Shown: positions 8,280 to 17,509 of the stretch, in pieces | Numbering within the stretch: the first letter of the stretch is position 1 | Layout of the letters: each line of letters opens with the position of its first letter | Assembly (NCBI GenBank): GCA_035285125.1 | Contig: JAYKHR010000155.1 | Location: 1-64,000 of the forward strand | Reading direction: 5' to 3' | DNA length: 64,000 nt | From: Candidatus Sericytochromatia bacterium | GTDB taxonomy: Bacteria > Cyanobacteriota > Sericytochromatia > S15B-MN24 > JAQBPE01 | Translations under genes and position numbers: made by a program | Notes under the pieces: generated by a model | Seen by the model: the letters and a program-made list of their open reading frames with translations, nothing else | Told to the model about the DNA's origin: nothing | The model's database searches: none

Positions 8280-9386
8280 ATGACGATCACGAGACGCCTG
8301 GGCGTCACCATCCTCGGGCTCGCCACCCTCACCGGCTGCCAGGCCCAGCCCCCCATCGTGGCCGCGGAAGGCACAGTGGTAGCCGAACAGCCCGCGGGGG
8401 AACGACACCTGCTACAGACCTCCGCCCACTTCACCCGACAACCACCAGCCTCGGACGTCGGTTTCGACCACCAGCACAGGCAGGCCACCACGCACCACCG
8501 GGGTCACTCACGCCAGCAGCACCGGCTGTTCGGCCGCGTGGGGGAGGTGTTCACCGGCTCGGTGTACCCGTACCTCAGCACCCGGTTTGCAACGCCTGCC
8601 CTGTTCTACACCGACGTGCTGAGTGCCCAGCTGCACGGGTTGCCAGGCCTGGGCGCCCTGACGGCCGCCCGCCTCGCCCGTGGCGGCCGGTTCCTGGTGT
8701 TCATCCAGAACGGTGAGATGGGGCTGTACGACATGCGGACCCACCTCATCCGAACGTTCCCGACGCTGCGAGGGCTGACCGCAGACCCCTGGAGCCTGGA
8801 CGTCGACGCCTTGGGCAACATCAGCTACGTCGATACCGTCGGCAGAATTCATGTCTACGACACCGACTCCGGCCAGGACTACATCGTGCCGGCCGCAGGG
8901 CGCCTGTTCAACCGGAGGAACCCCCTGTCGTTGTCGGGCAACGGCCGCTTCTTGGTCGTGGGAGGAAGCCGAGACCTGCTGCTGACGGATCTCACCACCA
9001 ACCGCCAGCTTGTGCTGCCCTTCGCAGGCAGGCCGCTGCACCGGGGCGACGCCTTTGTGCTGAGCCACGATGGGCGCTGCTTGCTGTTCCAGGCGGGCAA
9101 CCAACTGCGGCTCATGGACATCCAGACCGGGGGAATCGACGAGCTGGCTGGCCTGAACATCGGCGACGGGCTGGCACCGCGGACCCTCGGCTTTGGCGGG
9201 CAGATTCGTGACGCGCAGTTCCTCGACGGGCGCTGTCAAAAGATCGCCTTCGAGCGAGCCGGGGTGGTGCAGGTGTTCGATCGCACCACGGGGCTGCTCA
9301 CGCCGATGTCCATCTCCCAGGGCATCCGGGACCTCACGGCGGCGTCACGCCTTCGGGGCGTCACGTGGGGGCGGCTGGGCAGCTGA
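8280..9386 (+). CDS. Lipoprotein with probable beta-propeller
   Basis: AGGAG RBS, lipobox LTGC, repeated blade-like motifs (LSLSGNGRFLVV, VLSHDGRCLLF, IHVYDT, VQVFDR). Confidence 0.7.
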   Translation: MTITRRLGVTILGLATLTGCQAQPPIVAAEGTVVAEQPAGERHLLQTSAHFTRQPPASDVGFDHQHRQATTHHRGHSRQQHRLFGRVGEVFTGSVYPYLSTRFATPALFYTDVLSAQLHGLPGLGALTAARLARGGRFLVFIQNGEMGLYDMRTHLIRTFPTLRGLTADPWSLDVDALGNISYVDTVGRIHVYDTDSGQDYIVPAAGRLFNRRNPLSLSGNGRFLVVGGSRDLLLTDLTTNRQLVLPFAGRPLHRGDAFVLSHDGRCLLFQAGNQLRLMDIQTGGIDELAGLNIGDGLAPRTLGFGGQIRDAQFLDGRCQKIAFERAGVVQVFDRTTGLLTPMSISQGIRDLTAASRLRGVTWGRLGS

Positions 9387-9425
9387 CCTGAGCCTGGGGT
9401 GCCCCCTGCGCCCCACGCGCGGGGG

Positions 9426-11678
9426 TCACTCCAGGGCGACCTCCACCAAGCCGCCCCCCGCCACCACGTCGGCATGCCGACGCAACACGATGATCGAGAT
9501 GTCGTCGAGTTGCTCGACCAACCAGGCCTGCACGTCCGCGAAGATGCGCTCCTTGATCTCGCCGACAGGTAGCTCGGCGTAGCGCGCCAGGGCATCCTGC
9601 AGCCGGTCCATGTCGTACTGCTCGCCGGCTGCGTTCGAGGCCTCGATCAGGCCGTCGGAGTAAAGCAACAACACGTCCTGGGGCGCCAGCTCGAAGTGAA
9701 AGTCCGTCGTGGCCTCAGCCACGTCTGGAATGAGCCCCGTCCAGAAGCCAGGCACCTCCAGGCGCTCCACGACGCCGGTGGCGGACCGCCAGATGATGAG
9801 GTCACAGTGCATGCCAGCAGCCACGAATTGCCCATCGCCAGCGTGGTGGATAAGCTGAAGCGTCATGTAGTTGTCGTTGCGCAGGCGGTTGCGGACGTTG
9901 TGGAAGAGCGCCTCGTTGATGCGCACGAGCCGCTCCGCCGGGCTGGCGTGGGGGTTGTCCAGCACGTAGCCGGTGATCATGCTCTGGGCCATCATCATCA
10001 CCAGGCCTGGCGTGAGGCCGTGCCCCGTGACGTCTCCGATCGCGAGCCAGAAGCGTCCGCCGGGGTGCGGGATGTAGTCGATCAGATCGCCGCCCACCTC
10101 GCTGGCCGTGACCAGCCCCATCGCGATGTCGAACCGGTCGATCGGCATCTCGTGGGGCACGAGCGAGGTCTGGATGCGCGTCGCGATCTCCATCTCCTTG
10201 TCCATCCGCGCCAGACGGTCCTGGGCCTTGTTGGTTTCCGTGACGTCCTGCGCCAGCACCTGCACGCTGGGACGTTCAGCGAACTGCATCATGTTCGCGG
10301 CGAGTTCCAGGTCGATCCGGACCCCATCCGCCCGAAGGGCCTTGACCTCCATCCTCAGCAGGTCCTGCGCCCCGGCAGCGAGCCGCTCGGCGGCGGCAAG
10401 GAAGAACTCGCGGGACTCTCCGGGCTCCAGCAAGTCGGCGAAGGGACGCCCCACGAGGGCCTGGGGCGTGGTCACCGCGAAGTAACGGCCTGCGTTGGGG
10501 TTGGCGTAGACCACCATTCCCCCCGTCACGATGAACACGATGGTGGGAGAGGCGTCCATCAGCTCGGTATAGCGTTGCTCGCCCTTGCGCCAGGCTTCGA
10601 GCTCCAAGATGGCCGCCTGGTTGGCCTCGAGTTGGCTCAGCATGCCGTTGACCTTCTCCGCCACGGTGCTGATCTCGTCCCGGCCCGTGGCCTCGACGCG
10701 GGCGGACAGGCCGCCCGCCGTGCCGATCGCCGCCACCTGCTCGGACAGGGCTGCCAGCCGCCCCAACACGATGCCCCGCAGCAACAGCATGTTCAACAGG
10801 CCGAACACCCCGCCGATCACGGCCAGGAGGATCAGGGATTGGCTGGCCACCGCCAAGCCCTGCGCATAGATGGCCCGGGGCATCGTCGCGCTGACGAGGA
10901 TGGCAGGCTTGCCGTAAACGTCGTCGATCACGGCGTGGCCCGCCACGTGGCGATCATCCACGGGCAAGACGTCGATGGTCCCCCGTGGCAGGGCCTGGAG
11001 CCTCGCGAGCGCCTCGGCCTTTTCAGCCGAGAGGGCCGGGGCGTCCAGGCGATCGACCTCGAAGGGGACCTGGATGATACCCCCGAGGCGCTTGACTTCG
11101 GCGGGCGTCAGCACGGCGGCAAACACGAGGGCCCCGCGACGGTCTCCAAGTCGGTCACCGCGGGTGATGGGGTGGGAACCCACCTCGAGGACAAAGTCCC
11201 GCGTGACGACGAACCCTGCCAGCTTGTTGTCGTTGGTGGGGTGCGCCACCAGCAAGGAGTCCCGCGTGAGCTTCTCCGCCAGGCTGCGGGGAAACTCGCG
11301 CCATTGCGGTTCCCCCTCCCAGGTGGAGGCCAGGGTGTGCTTCAGGCGCCCATCGGGGAGCACGTAGGCTGCAAAATGCACCCCGATGTCCGTCAACGTG
11401 AAGGGGACGGGGAAGTTGTTCTGGATGTAGGTGGGTTCCTGGTCGGCCATGAACCGGTACGTCGAGTCCCACGCGGCCCAGTCGTTGAGGCGCAGGCTCG
11501 GGTTGGCCGCATCCTCCCGGAGGGTGTTCACCACCCGCTCCATGTGATGGGTCATCTCCTTGTGCTCGAACCCGCTGTAAGAATCCAGCAGGGTGTCCCG
11601 CCAGAAGAAAGACAGCAAGGCGATGAGCACCATGATGGTGAGCGCCACCGCAAGCAGGGTTTTGTGGAAGAGCTTCAC
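9426..11678 (-). CDS. Membrane sensor PP2C/SpoIIE phosphatase (CHASE4-HAMP-PAS-PP2C; RsbU-like)
   Basis: Two TM segments flanking DWAAWDSTY (CHASE4), GRDEISTVA HAMP, PAS (YANP..RADG), PP2C motifs EVGGD, IGDVTGHG, LYSDGLIE, DDISI. Confidence 0.9.
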   Translation of the reverse strand: MKLFHKTLLAVALTIMVLIALLSFFWRDTLLDSYSGFEHKEMTHHMERVVNTLREDAANPSLRLNDWAAWDSTYRFMADQEPTYIQNNFPVPFTLTDIGVHFAAYVLPDGRLKHTLASTWEGEPQWREFPRSLAEKLTRDSLLVAHPTNDNKLAGFVVTRDFVLEVGSHPITRGDRLGDRRGALVFAAVLTPAEVKRLGGIIQVPFEVDRLDAPALSAEKAEALARLQALPRGTIDVLPVDDRHVAGHAVIDDVYGKPAILVSATMPRAIYAQGLAVASQSLILLAVIGGVFGLLNMLLLRGIVLGRLAALSEQVAAIGTAGGLSARVEATGRDEISTVAEKVNGMLSQLEANQAAILELEAWRKGEQRYTELMDASPTIVFIVTGGMVVYANPNAGRYFAVTTPQALVGRPFADLLEPGESREFFLAAAERLAAGAQDLLRMEVKALRADGVRIDLELAANMMQFAERPSVQVLAQDVTETNKAQDRLARMDKEMEIATRIQTSLVPHEMPIDRFDIAMGLVTASEVGGDLIDYIPHPGGRFWLAIGDVTGHGLTPGLVMMMAQSMITGYVLDNPHASPAERLVRINEALFHNVRNRLRNDNYMTLQLIHHAGDGQFVAAGMHCDLIIWRSATGVVERLEVPGFWTGLIPDVAEATTDFHFELAPQDVLLLYSDGLIEASNAAGEQYDMDRLQDALARYAELPVGEIKERIFADVQAWLVEQLDDISIIVLRRHADVVAGGGLVEVALE

Positions 11679-11696
11679 GGCCGGTCCTCGACGCGC

Positions 11697-12518
11697 TCAG
11701 GGCTGACCGGACGGGGCGGCTGGGCCGTCCGCCGGCGGCGAGATCGCGGTTATGACATCGAAGTTGGTGTAGGTCTGGAAGAAATACCCGTCCGGGTAGG
11801 CCGCATCACGATCGTGGGAGATGGCATAGCCGACGGAAGCGAAGGTGCCGGGCACGATCTCCAGGTTCATCACCAGGCAGGTCCCCGAGATCTCGCTGAC
11901 CCCGCCGATGGAGTCGATGGCAAAGCTGAAAGGGCCCACTGCCGGAAACTCCCAGCCCGCAAGGTAGGTCGCGTTGGAGTTGGGCGCCGGCCACGTCGGG
12001 GTGAACTCGTCCGGGTCCCGCGGCATCGCGTAGGCGCTGCCCAGCGTGAGACGCCCCAGGCGACGGCCCCCCACCTCGACGGTCTTGGTGGCGGAGAGGT
12101 AAGCCAGGTTCAAGCTGCTGGCAGGGTGCAGCACGGCGACGGACATGTAGCCCAGCGCCAGCGACGGCAGCACGTCAGCCTCGGCCAGCAGGCCCAGCTT
12201 GAGGTTGCCGACCGGCTTGATCGCAGGCAGGCGCCCCGGGGAGGCCAGCACGTCTATGCCCACCTCGAGGCCTGGGAAGACGAGGCCGGAGTCGCCGTAC
12301 GGGAAGCCGGGCAGGATCCCCACGTTGTAACCCGTCCAGCAGTCCACGGCCGTGCCATAGAAGGCGTTATAGAAGGAGAGGCAGCTCGCGCCGGCGGCCG
12401 CCACGTCCCCCGTCGGCGCGAAGATGAGAGAGGTCGGGTATGCGTCAGCCGGTGCTGCCGGCAGCAGCAGCGCCCCGATCCCGGCCACCAGCGCAGCCGC
12501 TCGCGCACGTCCTCGCAT
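11697..12518 (-). CDS. Hypothetical exported, probably outer-membrane beta-barrel protein
   Basis: GAGGAGG RBS before ATG 12518, signal peptide ending APADA, YPTSLIFAPTGD start, amphipathic beta-strands. Confidence 0.6.
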   Translation of the reverse strand: MRGRARAAALVAGIGALLLPAAPADAYPTSLIFAPTGDVAAAGASCLSFYNAFYGTAVDCWTGYNVGILPGFPYGDSGLVFPGLEVGIDVLASPGRLPAIKPVGNLKLGLLAEADVLPSLALGYMSVAVLHPASSLNLAYLSATKTVEVGGRRLGRLTLGSAYAMPRDPDEFTPTWPAPNSNATYLAGWEFPAVGPFSFAIDSIGGVSEISGTCLVMNLEIVPGTFASVGYAISHDRDAAYPDGYFFQTYTNFDVITAISPPADGPAAPSGQP

Positions 12519-12556
12519 GCCCAGTTTCCTCCTCGCACCCAGCCCGCCGCAGCCGC

Positions 12557-13975
12557 TCATTGTCGCCTGCCGGGACGGTTTCGTCCACGCGCCGGCTCGG
12601 GCGACGGCTCCGCGGAGGGAGCGCCCGGGTTGCGCCGAGGGGCCGCCATCTCCGTGGCGCTTTGCCGGGCATCCGTGAAGTCGGCGCCCGTCACGTCGGC
12701 ATCCCCGAGGTAAGCCTCCGTCAGGTCGGCCTCCCGCAGGCTCGCTCCCACCAGCCTGGTGAGGCCCATGTTGGCGCGCACCAGGCTGGCGCGGCGCAGA
12801 CAGGCCCGGCTCAGGTCCGCCCCCTTGAGGTCGGCCTCCCCCAGATCCGTCATCGTGAGGTCAGCGTCTCGCAGGTCCGCGCGCCGGAGATCGGTGCGGT
12901 GGAGGTCGGACTTGTTGAGCCGCGCCCTGGAGAGCTGGGCACCGCTCATCCGGGCGTGGTTGAAGTTGGCCTCGAAGGCCCGCGCGTTGGTCATGTTCAC
13001 GCGGATCATGCGAGCACGCACGAAGGAGACGCGCGTCATGTCGAGGTGGCTCATGTTGGCCTCCGTCATGGTGGCCTCCTCGAAGCTCGCTCCATCCACG
13101 AAGGTCCTGACCACGCCTGACGCCAAGGACGCCTGCGTGAAGGTGGCCCCGGAGAGGTCGGCGCGCCTGAAGTCGGCCCCCGTCAGGTTGGCGAAGGCGA
13201 AGACCACGTCGGCCATATCGCACCAGACCAGACGTGCCCCCACGAACACCACGCCCCGCAGGATGGCATTCCGGAGGCAAGCCCCGGACACGTCGGCCTC
13301 GGTCATGTTGGCCCCCGTCAGGTCTGCCCCCCGCAGGCTCGCCCCGGCGAGACAGGCCCGTTCCGCCCGGGCACCACGCAGCACCGTCTCCGAGAGGTCG
13401 GCACCGGCCAGCATCGCCCCCGTCAGGTTCGCCCCTGACAGGTTGGCATCCGCGAGATTGGCGCGCGCGAAGTTCACGCCGGCCAGGTCCGCCCCCTGCA
13501 AGTCGACGCCCGACAGGTCGAAGCCCGCGAGGTCCAGGCCCGTCAGCACCGCCTGGCTGAGGTTCACGCCGCGCAAGTTGGCCCCCCGCAAGTTGGCCCC
13601 CGTCAGGTTGGCGCGATGCATCACGGCGCGCCCCAGGTTGGCGTGGGACAGGTCCGCGTTGCCGAGGTGGGCCCGCGTCAAGTCGGCCTCAGCGAGGTTC
13701 GCCCAGTCGAGGTCGGTGCCGCCGAGCTGGGTGTCGATCAGGCGCGCGCCTCGAAGGTCCGCGTGGTGCAGGTTGGAGCCAGTAAAGCTGGCCCGTTCGA
13801 GGCTCGCCATGGGCGCCGCAAGGCCCGCCAGTTCGCGTTCCGCCAGGTTCGCCTCTTCGAGGGGTACCCCCGCCCCAAGCGCGGCCTCGACCGTGGTCCG
13901 CCAGGAATTCTCCTCGAGCCGGTGGGTGTACAGGACCTGGTCGTAGGGGTTTCGCTTGTAGATCACAAGCTCCAT
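12557..13975 (-). CDS. Pentapeptide repeat protein
   Basis: About 400 residues of A(D/N)Lxx repeats; GGAGG RBS before ATG 13975. Confidence 0.92.
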   Translation of the reverse strand: MELVIYKRNPYDQVLYTHRLEENSWRTTVEAALGAGVPLEEANLAERELAGLAAPMASLERASFTGSNLHHADLRGARLIDTQLGGTDLDWANLAEADLTRAHLGNADLSHANLGRAVMHRANLTGANLRGANLRGVNLSQAVLTGLDLAGFDLSGVDLQGADLAGVNFARANLADANLSGANLTGAMLAGADLSETVLRGARAERACLAGASLRGADLTGANMTEADVSGACLRNAILRGVVFVGARLVWCDMADVVFAFANLTGADFRRADLSGATFTQASLASGVVRTFVDGASFEEATMTEANMSHLDMTRVSFVRARMIRVNMTNARAFEANFNHARMSGAQLSRARLNKSDLHRTDLRRADLRDADLTMTDLGEADLKGADLSRACLRRASLVRANMGLTRLVGASLREADLTEAYLGDADVTGADFTDARQSATEMAAPRRNPGAPSAEPSPEPARGRNRPGRRQ

Positions 13976-14019
13976 GCGGCCCTCCTGGAAGCGGGGCGTC
14001 GCCACAGCCGGCAGCAACT

Positions 14020-15228
14020 TCAGGGCGTCGGCACGAACTCCACGTCGACCTGCCGGCCGACCAACCCAGGCGAGGGCTGGCGCGCAACGCGCAGCTCCAC
14101 GACCCAATCAGTGCCTGCCGTGTTGCGGCGAAGGAGCTCGGCCACGCCCCCGCCGCGGCGCTGAGCCAGCGCCGGCGCGAACCGCCCGTAGCCCGTGTGG
14201 GCAGTCACCACAAGCCGGCCCCGTCGTCCGCCAAGGCCGGCCGTGAAGGCCCACAGGCGCTCGACGTGGGCCACGGAAGGCAACACCACGTTGGGCTCGA
14301 AGAGCAACGTGGCTCGGGCGCTCCCTGGGGCAGGGGCGACCGGCACCTGCTTGGGCGCGGACGCGACGGGAAGCGGCGCCGGGGTGGCCTTGCCTCGGGG
14401 CGTGGGCGTCACCCTCACCACGGCGGCCGGCGACGGTGCAGCAGGGCGCGCGCTCGGCCCCGCTTTGGGCGCTGCAGGCGCCCGAGATGCCCCCGCAACC
14501 TTGGGGGGCTTCCCGACGGGTGAGGCCGCGAGCAGCTCGGGGGTGGCAGAAGGGGCCCCGGCGGCTCCGCCGGGCTTTCCGGTGGCGGTGGCGACGGGGG
14601 GACGGGCGGTGGCCGCCGCGGGCGTGGGCGACGACACGACCGGCGCGAGAGAAGCCCCCGCCGGCGCCTCGACAGGCTTCCCGGGGCCTGGGCCGGCCGC
14701 GGAGGCGATGGCGGCCACCAGCGGATCTGAGGCCTCGAGGGCAGCGGCCACGGAGGCCTCCGGGGCAGCCTGGACAGGCGACGTGGCCGGCCCGGCTTCA
14801 GGCGTCGGCTCGCCAGCGGGTTCCTCGAGAACCGGGGGGGGGCTGGCCACCGGCGCCCCGCGCAGGGCCGCCAGGGCCGCCTGCACGCGGAGACCCGCCT
14901 CGCCCAGAGGGCCGCCCAGGCCAGACTCCGCCGCACGAACCACCACGTAGAAACCCGCCCCGACGGCCAGCACCACCGCCGTCAGCGTCACCACCACAGG
15001 GACCACCGCCGCCCGGGGGCTCACGCCCGGGCGCGGCCGAACGGGGCCTGCCACGGCTTGGCCCGCCTGGGCGGGCGGGCGAACGTCCTTGCCGCCGGAG
15101 GAGCGTGGCGCCGGCTCCTCTTCGTAGCCGCCTTCGAGTGCCCGATCGTAGGCCTCGTCGTCGAACCACTCCGAGTCGAAGTCCGGGTCGTCGTAGTCGG
15201 CGAATCCGCCGCGGTTGGGGGGCGTCAT
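14020..15228 (-). CDS. Bitopic membrane protein: acidic N-tail, TM, Pro/Ala linker, C-terminal OmpA-like domain (divergent)
   Basis: DYDDPDFDSEWFDDE tail, TM VVPVVVTLTAVVLAVGAGFYVVV, C-terminal LLFEPN..LVVTAHT..LAQRR..VAELL..RQVDVEF resembling OmpA_C. Confidence 0.6.
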   Translation of the reverse strand: MTPPNRGGFADYDDPDFDSEWFDDEAYDRALEGGYEEEPAPRSSGGKDVRPPAQAGQAVAGPVRPRPGVSPRAAVVPVVVTLTAVVLAVGAGFYVVVRAAESGLGGPLGEAGLRVQAALAALRGAPVASPPPVLEEPAGEPTPEAGPATSPVQAAPEASVAAALEASDPLVAAIASAAGPGPGKPVEAPAGASLAPVVSSPTPAAATARPPVATATGKPGGAAGAPSATPELLAASPVGKPPKVAGASRAPAAPKAGPSARPAAPSPAAVVRVTPTPRGKATPAPLPVASAPKQVPVAPAPGSARATLLFEPNVVLPSVAHVERLWAFTAGLGGRRGRLVVTAHTGYGRFAPALAQRRGGGVAELLRRNTAGTDWVVELRVARQPSPGLVGRQVDVEFVPTP

Positions 15229-15352
15229 CGGATCTGGCACCTCTGGGGACGGGAAGGGGCACGGGTGCACCCTGCCAGGTGTACCATATACCATGGCGCC
15301 CGGGGCATGTGACATTGCCAGGGCCCAGATGCGCACCGGACAGGGGGGGGGA

Positions 15353-16234
15353 ATGACGGCTGGCGAGGCACGCCCCATGGCGGGCAAGTGGTGCCTGGTG
15401 ACGGGTGCCAGCAGGGGCATCGGCCGGGTAACAGCCGTCGAACTGGCCCGACAAGGTGCCCACGTGGCGCTCGTGGGGCGGGATCGTGCCCGGACGGAGG
15501 AGGCCGCGGAGGAGGCGCGCGCCGTGCGGGGAGGCGGCCACATCGAGACGTTCCTCGCGGACCTCGCAGAGGCTGCCGAGGTGCGGGCCTTGGCCGAGGC
15601 CTACGCGCGCGACCACGACGGCCTCGATGTGCTCGTGAACAACGCCGGCGCGATCTTCGAGCGGCGTTGCACGACGCGCGAGGGGTTCGAGAAGACCTTC
15701 GCCCTCAACCACCTGGCCTACCACGCCCTGACGCTCCGCCTCATGCCCCTAATGACGAAGCAGCCAGCGGCCCGCGTCATCGTGGTCGCCTCCCGCGCCC
15801 ACACGCGCGTCGGCCTGGACCTCGACGATCCGATGGCCGAGCGGGGCTATGACGGCTGGCGCGCCTACTGTGCCTCGAAGCTCGCCAACGTGCTGTTCAC
15901 CCGGGAACTCGCGCGGCGGCTGACGGGCACGGCCGTCACCGTGAACGCCCTGCACCCCGGCCTGGTGGCGACTAGCTTCGGGCACGCAGACGCAGGCTGG
16001 TACCGCTGGCTGGTCAAGCTGGGTCGGCCCTGGATGATCGATGCGCCCGAGGGGGCGAGGACCACCCTGCACCTTGCCACCTCTCCCGAACTGGCGGGGC
16101 TCAGCGGAATGTACTGGGCCCGCTGTCGCCCCGACACGCCCAGCCCCGCGGCACGCGATCCCGAGACGGCGCGCAGGCTGTGGGCGCTGTCGGTGCGCCT
16201 GACGGGGCTCGACTGGCCCTCGGAGGAACCTTGA
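15353..16234 (+). CDS. Short-chain dehydrogenase/reductase (retinol dehydrogenase-like)
   Basis: TGASRGIG, NNAG, FALNHL, YCASK catalytic motif, LHPG. Confidence 0.92.
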   Translation: MTAGEARPMAGKWCLVTGASRGIGRVTAVELARQGAHVALVGRDRARTEEAAEEARAVRGGGHIETFLADLAEAAEVRALAEAYARDHDGLDVLVNNAGAIFERRCTTREGFEKTFALNHLAYHALTLRLMPLMTKQPAARVIVVASRAHTRVGLDLDDPMAERGYDGWRAYCASKLANVLFTRELARRLTGTAVTVNALHPGLVATSFGHADAGWYRWLVKLGRPWMIDAPEGARTTLHLATSPELAGLSGMYWARCRPDTPSPAARDPETARRLWALSVRLTGLDWPSEEP

Positions 16235-17484
16235 ACGCGCCTCAGGCGGTTGGTGGCGGCTCTCGCGGCCTCACCCTCCAGGTGCTGGCGGCCGTGGCCG
16301 TGGGCGTGCTGCTGGGCGTCCTGGCACCTGCCTGGGGCATGGCGCTGAAGCCGCTCGGCGACGGCTTCGTGAAGCTCGTCAAGCTGCTCATCGGCCCCAT
16401 CGTCTTTGTCACCGTGGCCGGGGGCCTCGCGACGATGGGGGACATGCGCAGCGTGGGCCGCGTCGGCGTGAAGGCGTTGCTCTACTTCGAGGCCGTCACG
16501 ACGCTGGCGCTCTTGCTGGGGTACGCCGTCGCGAAGCTCGTCGAGCCGGGCGCCGGCGCCGCGTTCTCCCTCCCTGCCGCTCCCACCCCGGCCGTCCCGC
16601 CGACGAACCATGGGCTCGAGGCCTTCCTGCTGGGGCTGATTCCTGCCGGCATGGCTGAGCCCTTCGCCAGGGGCGACACGCTGCAGGTGCTCGTGCTCGC
16701 CCTGCTGACGGGCCTGGCGCTAGCGGCCCTCGGGGAACACGGGCGACCGATCGCGCGGGCCCTGGAGGCCGCCAGCACCCTGCTGTTCACCATGGTGGGG
16801 CTCGTGATGCGGCTGGCCCCGCTGGGGGCCTTCGGGGCGATGGCCTACACGGTCGGCAAGCACGGAGCCAGCAGCCTGGCCGCGCTGGGCACCCTGGTGG
16901 CCTGCGTCTACGGGGCCTGTCTGGCCTTCGTGGTGGTGGTGCTGGGCGGCATTGCGCACTGGCACGGAATCTCGCTGTGGCGCTTCACCCGGTACCTTCG
17001 GGACGAGTTGCTGGTGGTGTTCGCGACCTCGAGTTCTGAGCCTGCCCTGCCCCGCCTGCTGCTGAAGCTGGAGAACCTGGGCTGCGCCCGCCGCGTGGCC
17101 GCCCTGGTGCTTCCCACGGGGTACTCGTTCAACCTCGACGGCACCGCCATATACCTGACGCTCGGGGCCCTGTTTGTCGCCCAGGCCACCCACACCCCGC
17201 TGACGGGCTGGCAGGAGGCGACGCTCCTGGGCGTGCTGCTGCTGACCAGCAAGGGGGCGGCTGGCGTCACGGGCAGCGGGTTCGTGACGCTCGCCGCAAC
17301 GCTGGCCGTGGTGCCTGCCATCCCGGCGTCGGGCCTGGCGCTGCTGCTCGGCGTCGACCGATTCCTGAGCGAGGCCCGAGCGCTGACGAATTTCCTCGGC
17401 AACGGCTTGGCCGTGATCGTCGTGTCGCGCTGGGAGGGCGCCTTCGACGAGGAAAAAGCGAGAGCGATCCTGGAAGCAGCCTGA
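16231..17484 (+). CDS. dctA: C4-dicarboxylate:cation symporter (DAACS family)
   Basis: FATSSSE, PTGYSFNLDGT, TSKGAAGVTGSGF, GVDRFLSEARALTN; TTG start overlaps SDR stop after GGAGG. Confidence 0.88.
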   Translation: MNAPQAVGGGSRGLTLQVLAAVAVGVLLGVLAPAWGMALKPLGDGFVKLVKLLIGPIVFVTVAGGLATMGDMRSVGRVGVKALLYFEAVTTLALLLGYAVAKLVEPGAGAAFSLPAAPTPAVPPTNHGLEAFLLGLIPAGMAEPFARGDTLQVLVLALLTGLALAALGEHGRPIARALEAASTLLFTMVGLVMRLAPLGAFGAMAYTVGKHGASSLAALGTLVACVYGACLAFVVVVLGGIAHWHGISLWRFTRYLRDELLVVFATSSSEPALPRLLLKLENLGCARRVAALVLPTGYSFNLDGTAIYLTLGALFVAQATHTPLTGWQEATLLGVLLLTSKGAAGVTGSGFVTLAATLAVVPAIPASGLALLLGVDRFLSEARALTNFLGNGLAVIVVSRWEGAFDEEKARAILEAA

Positions 17485-17509
17485 GCGCCGGGCCCGAGGC
17501 TGGCCCGGC

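Noticed and set aside
9696..12713. 1005-aa plus-strand ORF
   Set aside because: Antisense shadow of the phosphatase and porin-like genes; no motifs; typical of high-GC DNA
15343..15351. G9 tract before the SDR start (and G9 at 14834-42) as phase-variation sites
   Set aside because: Short for this GC content; the first doubles as an RBS, the second encodes Pro-Pro-Pro in an intact frame
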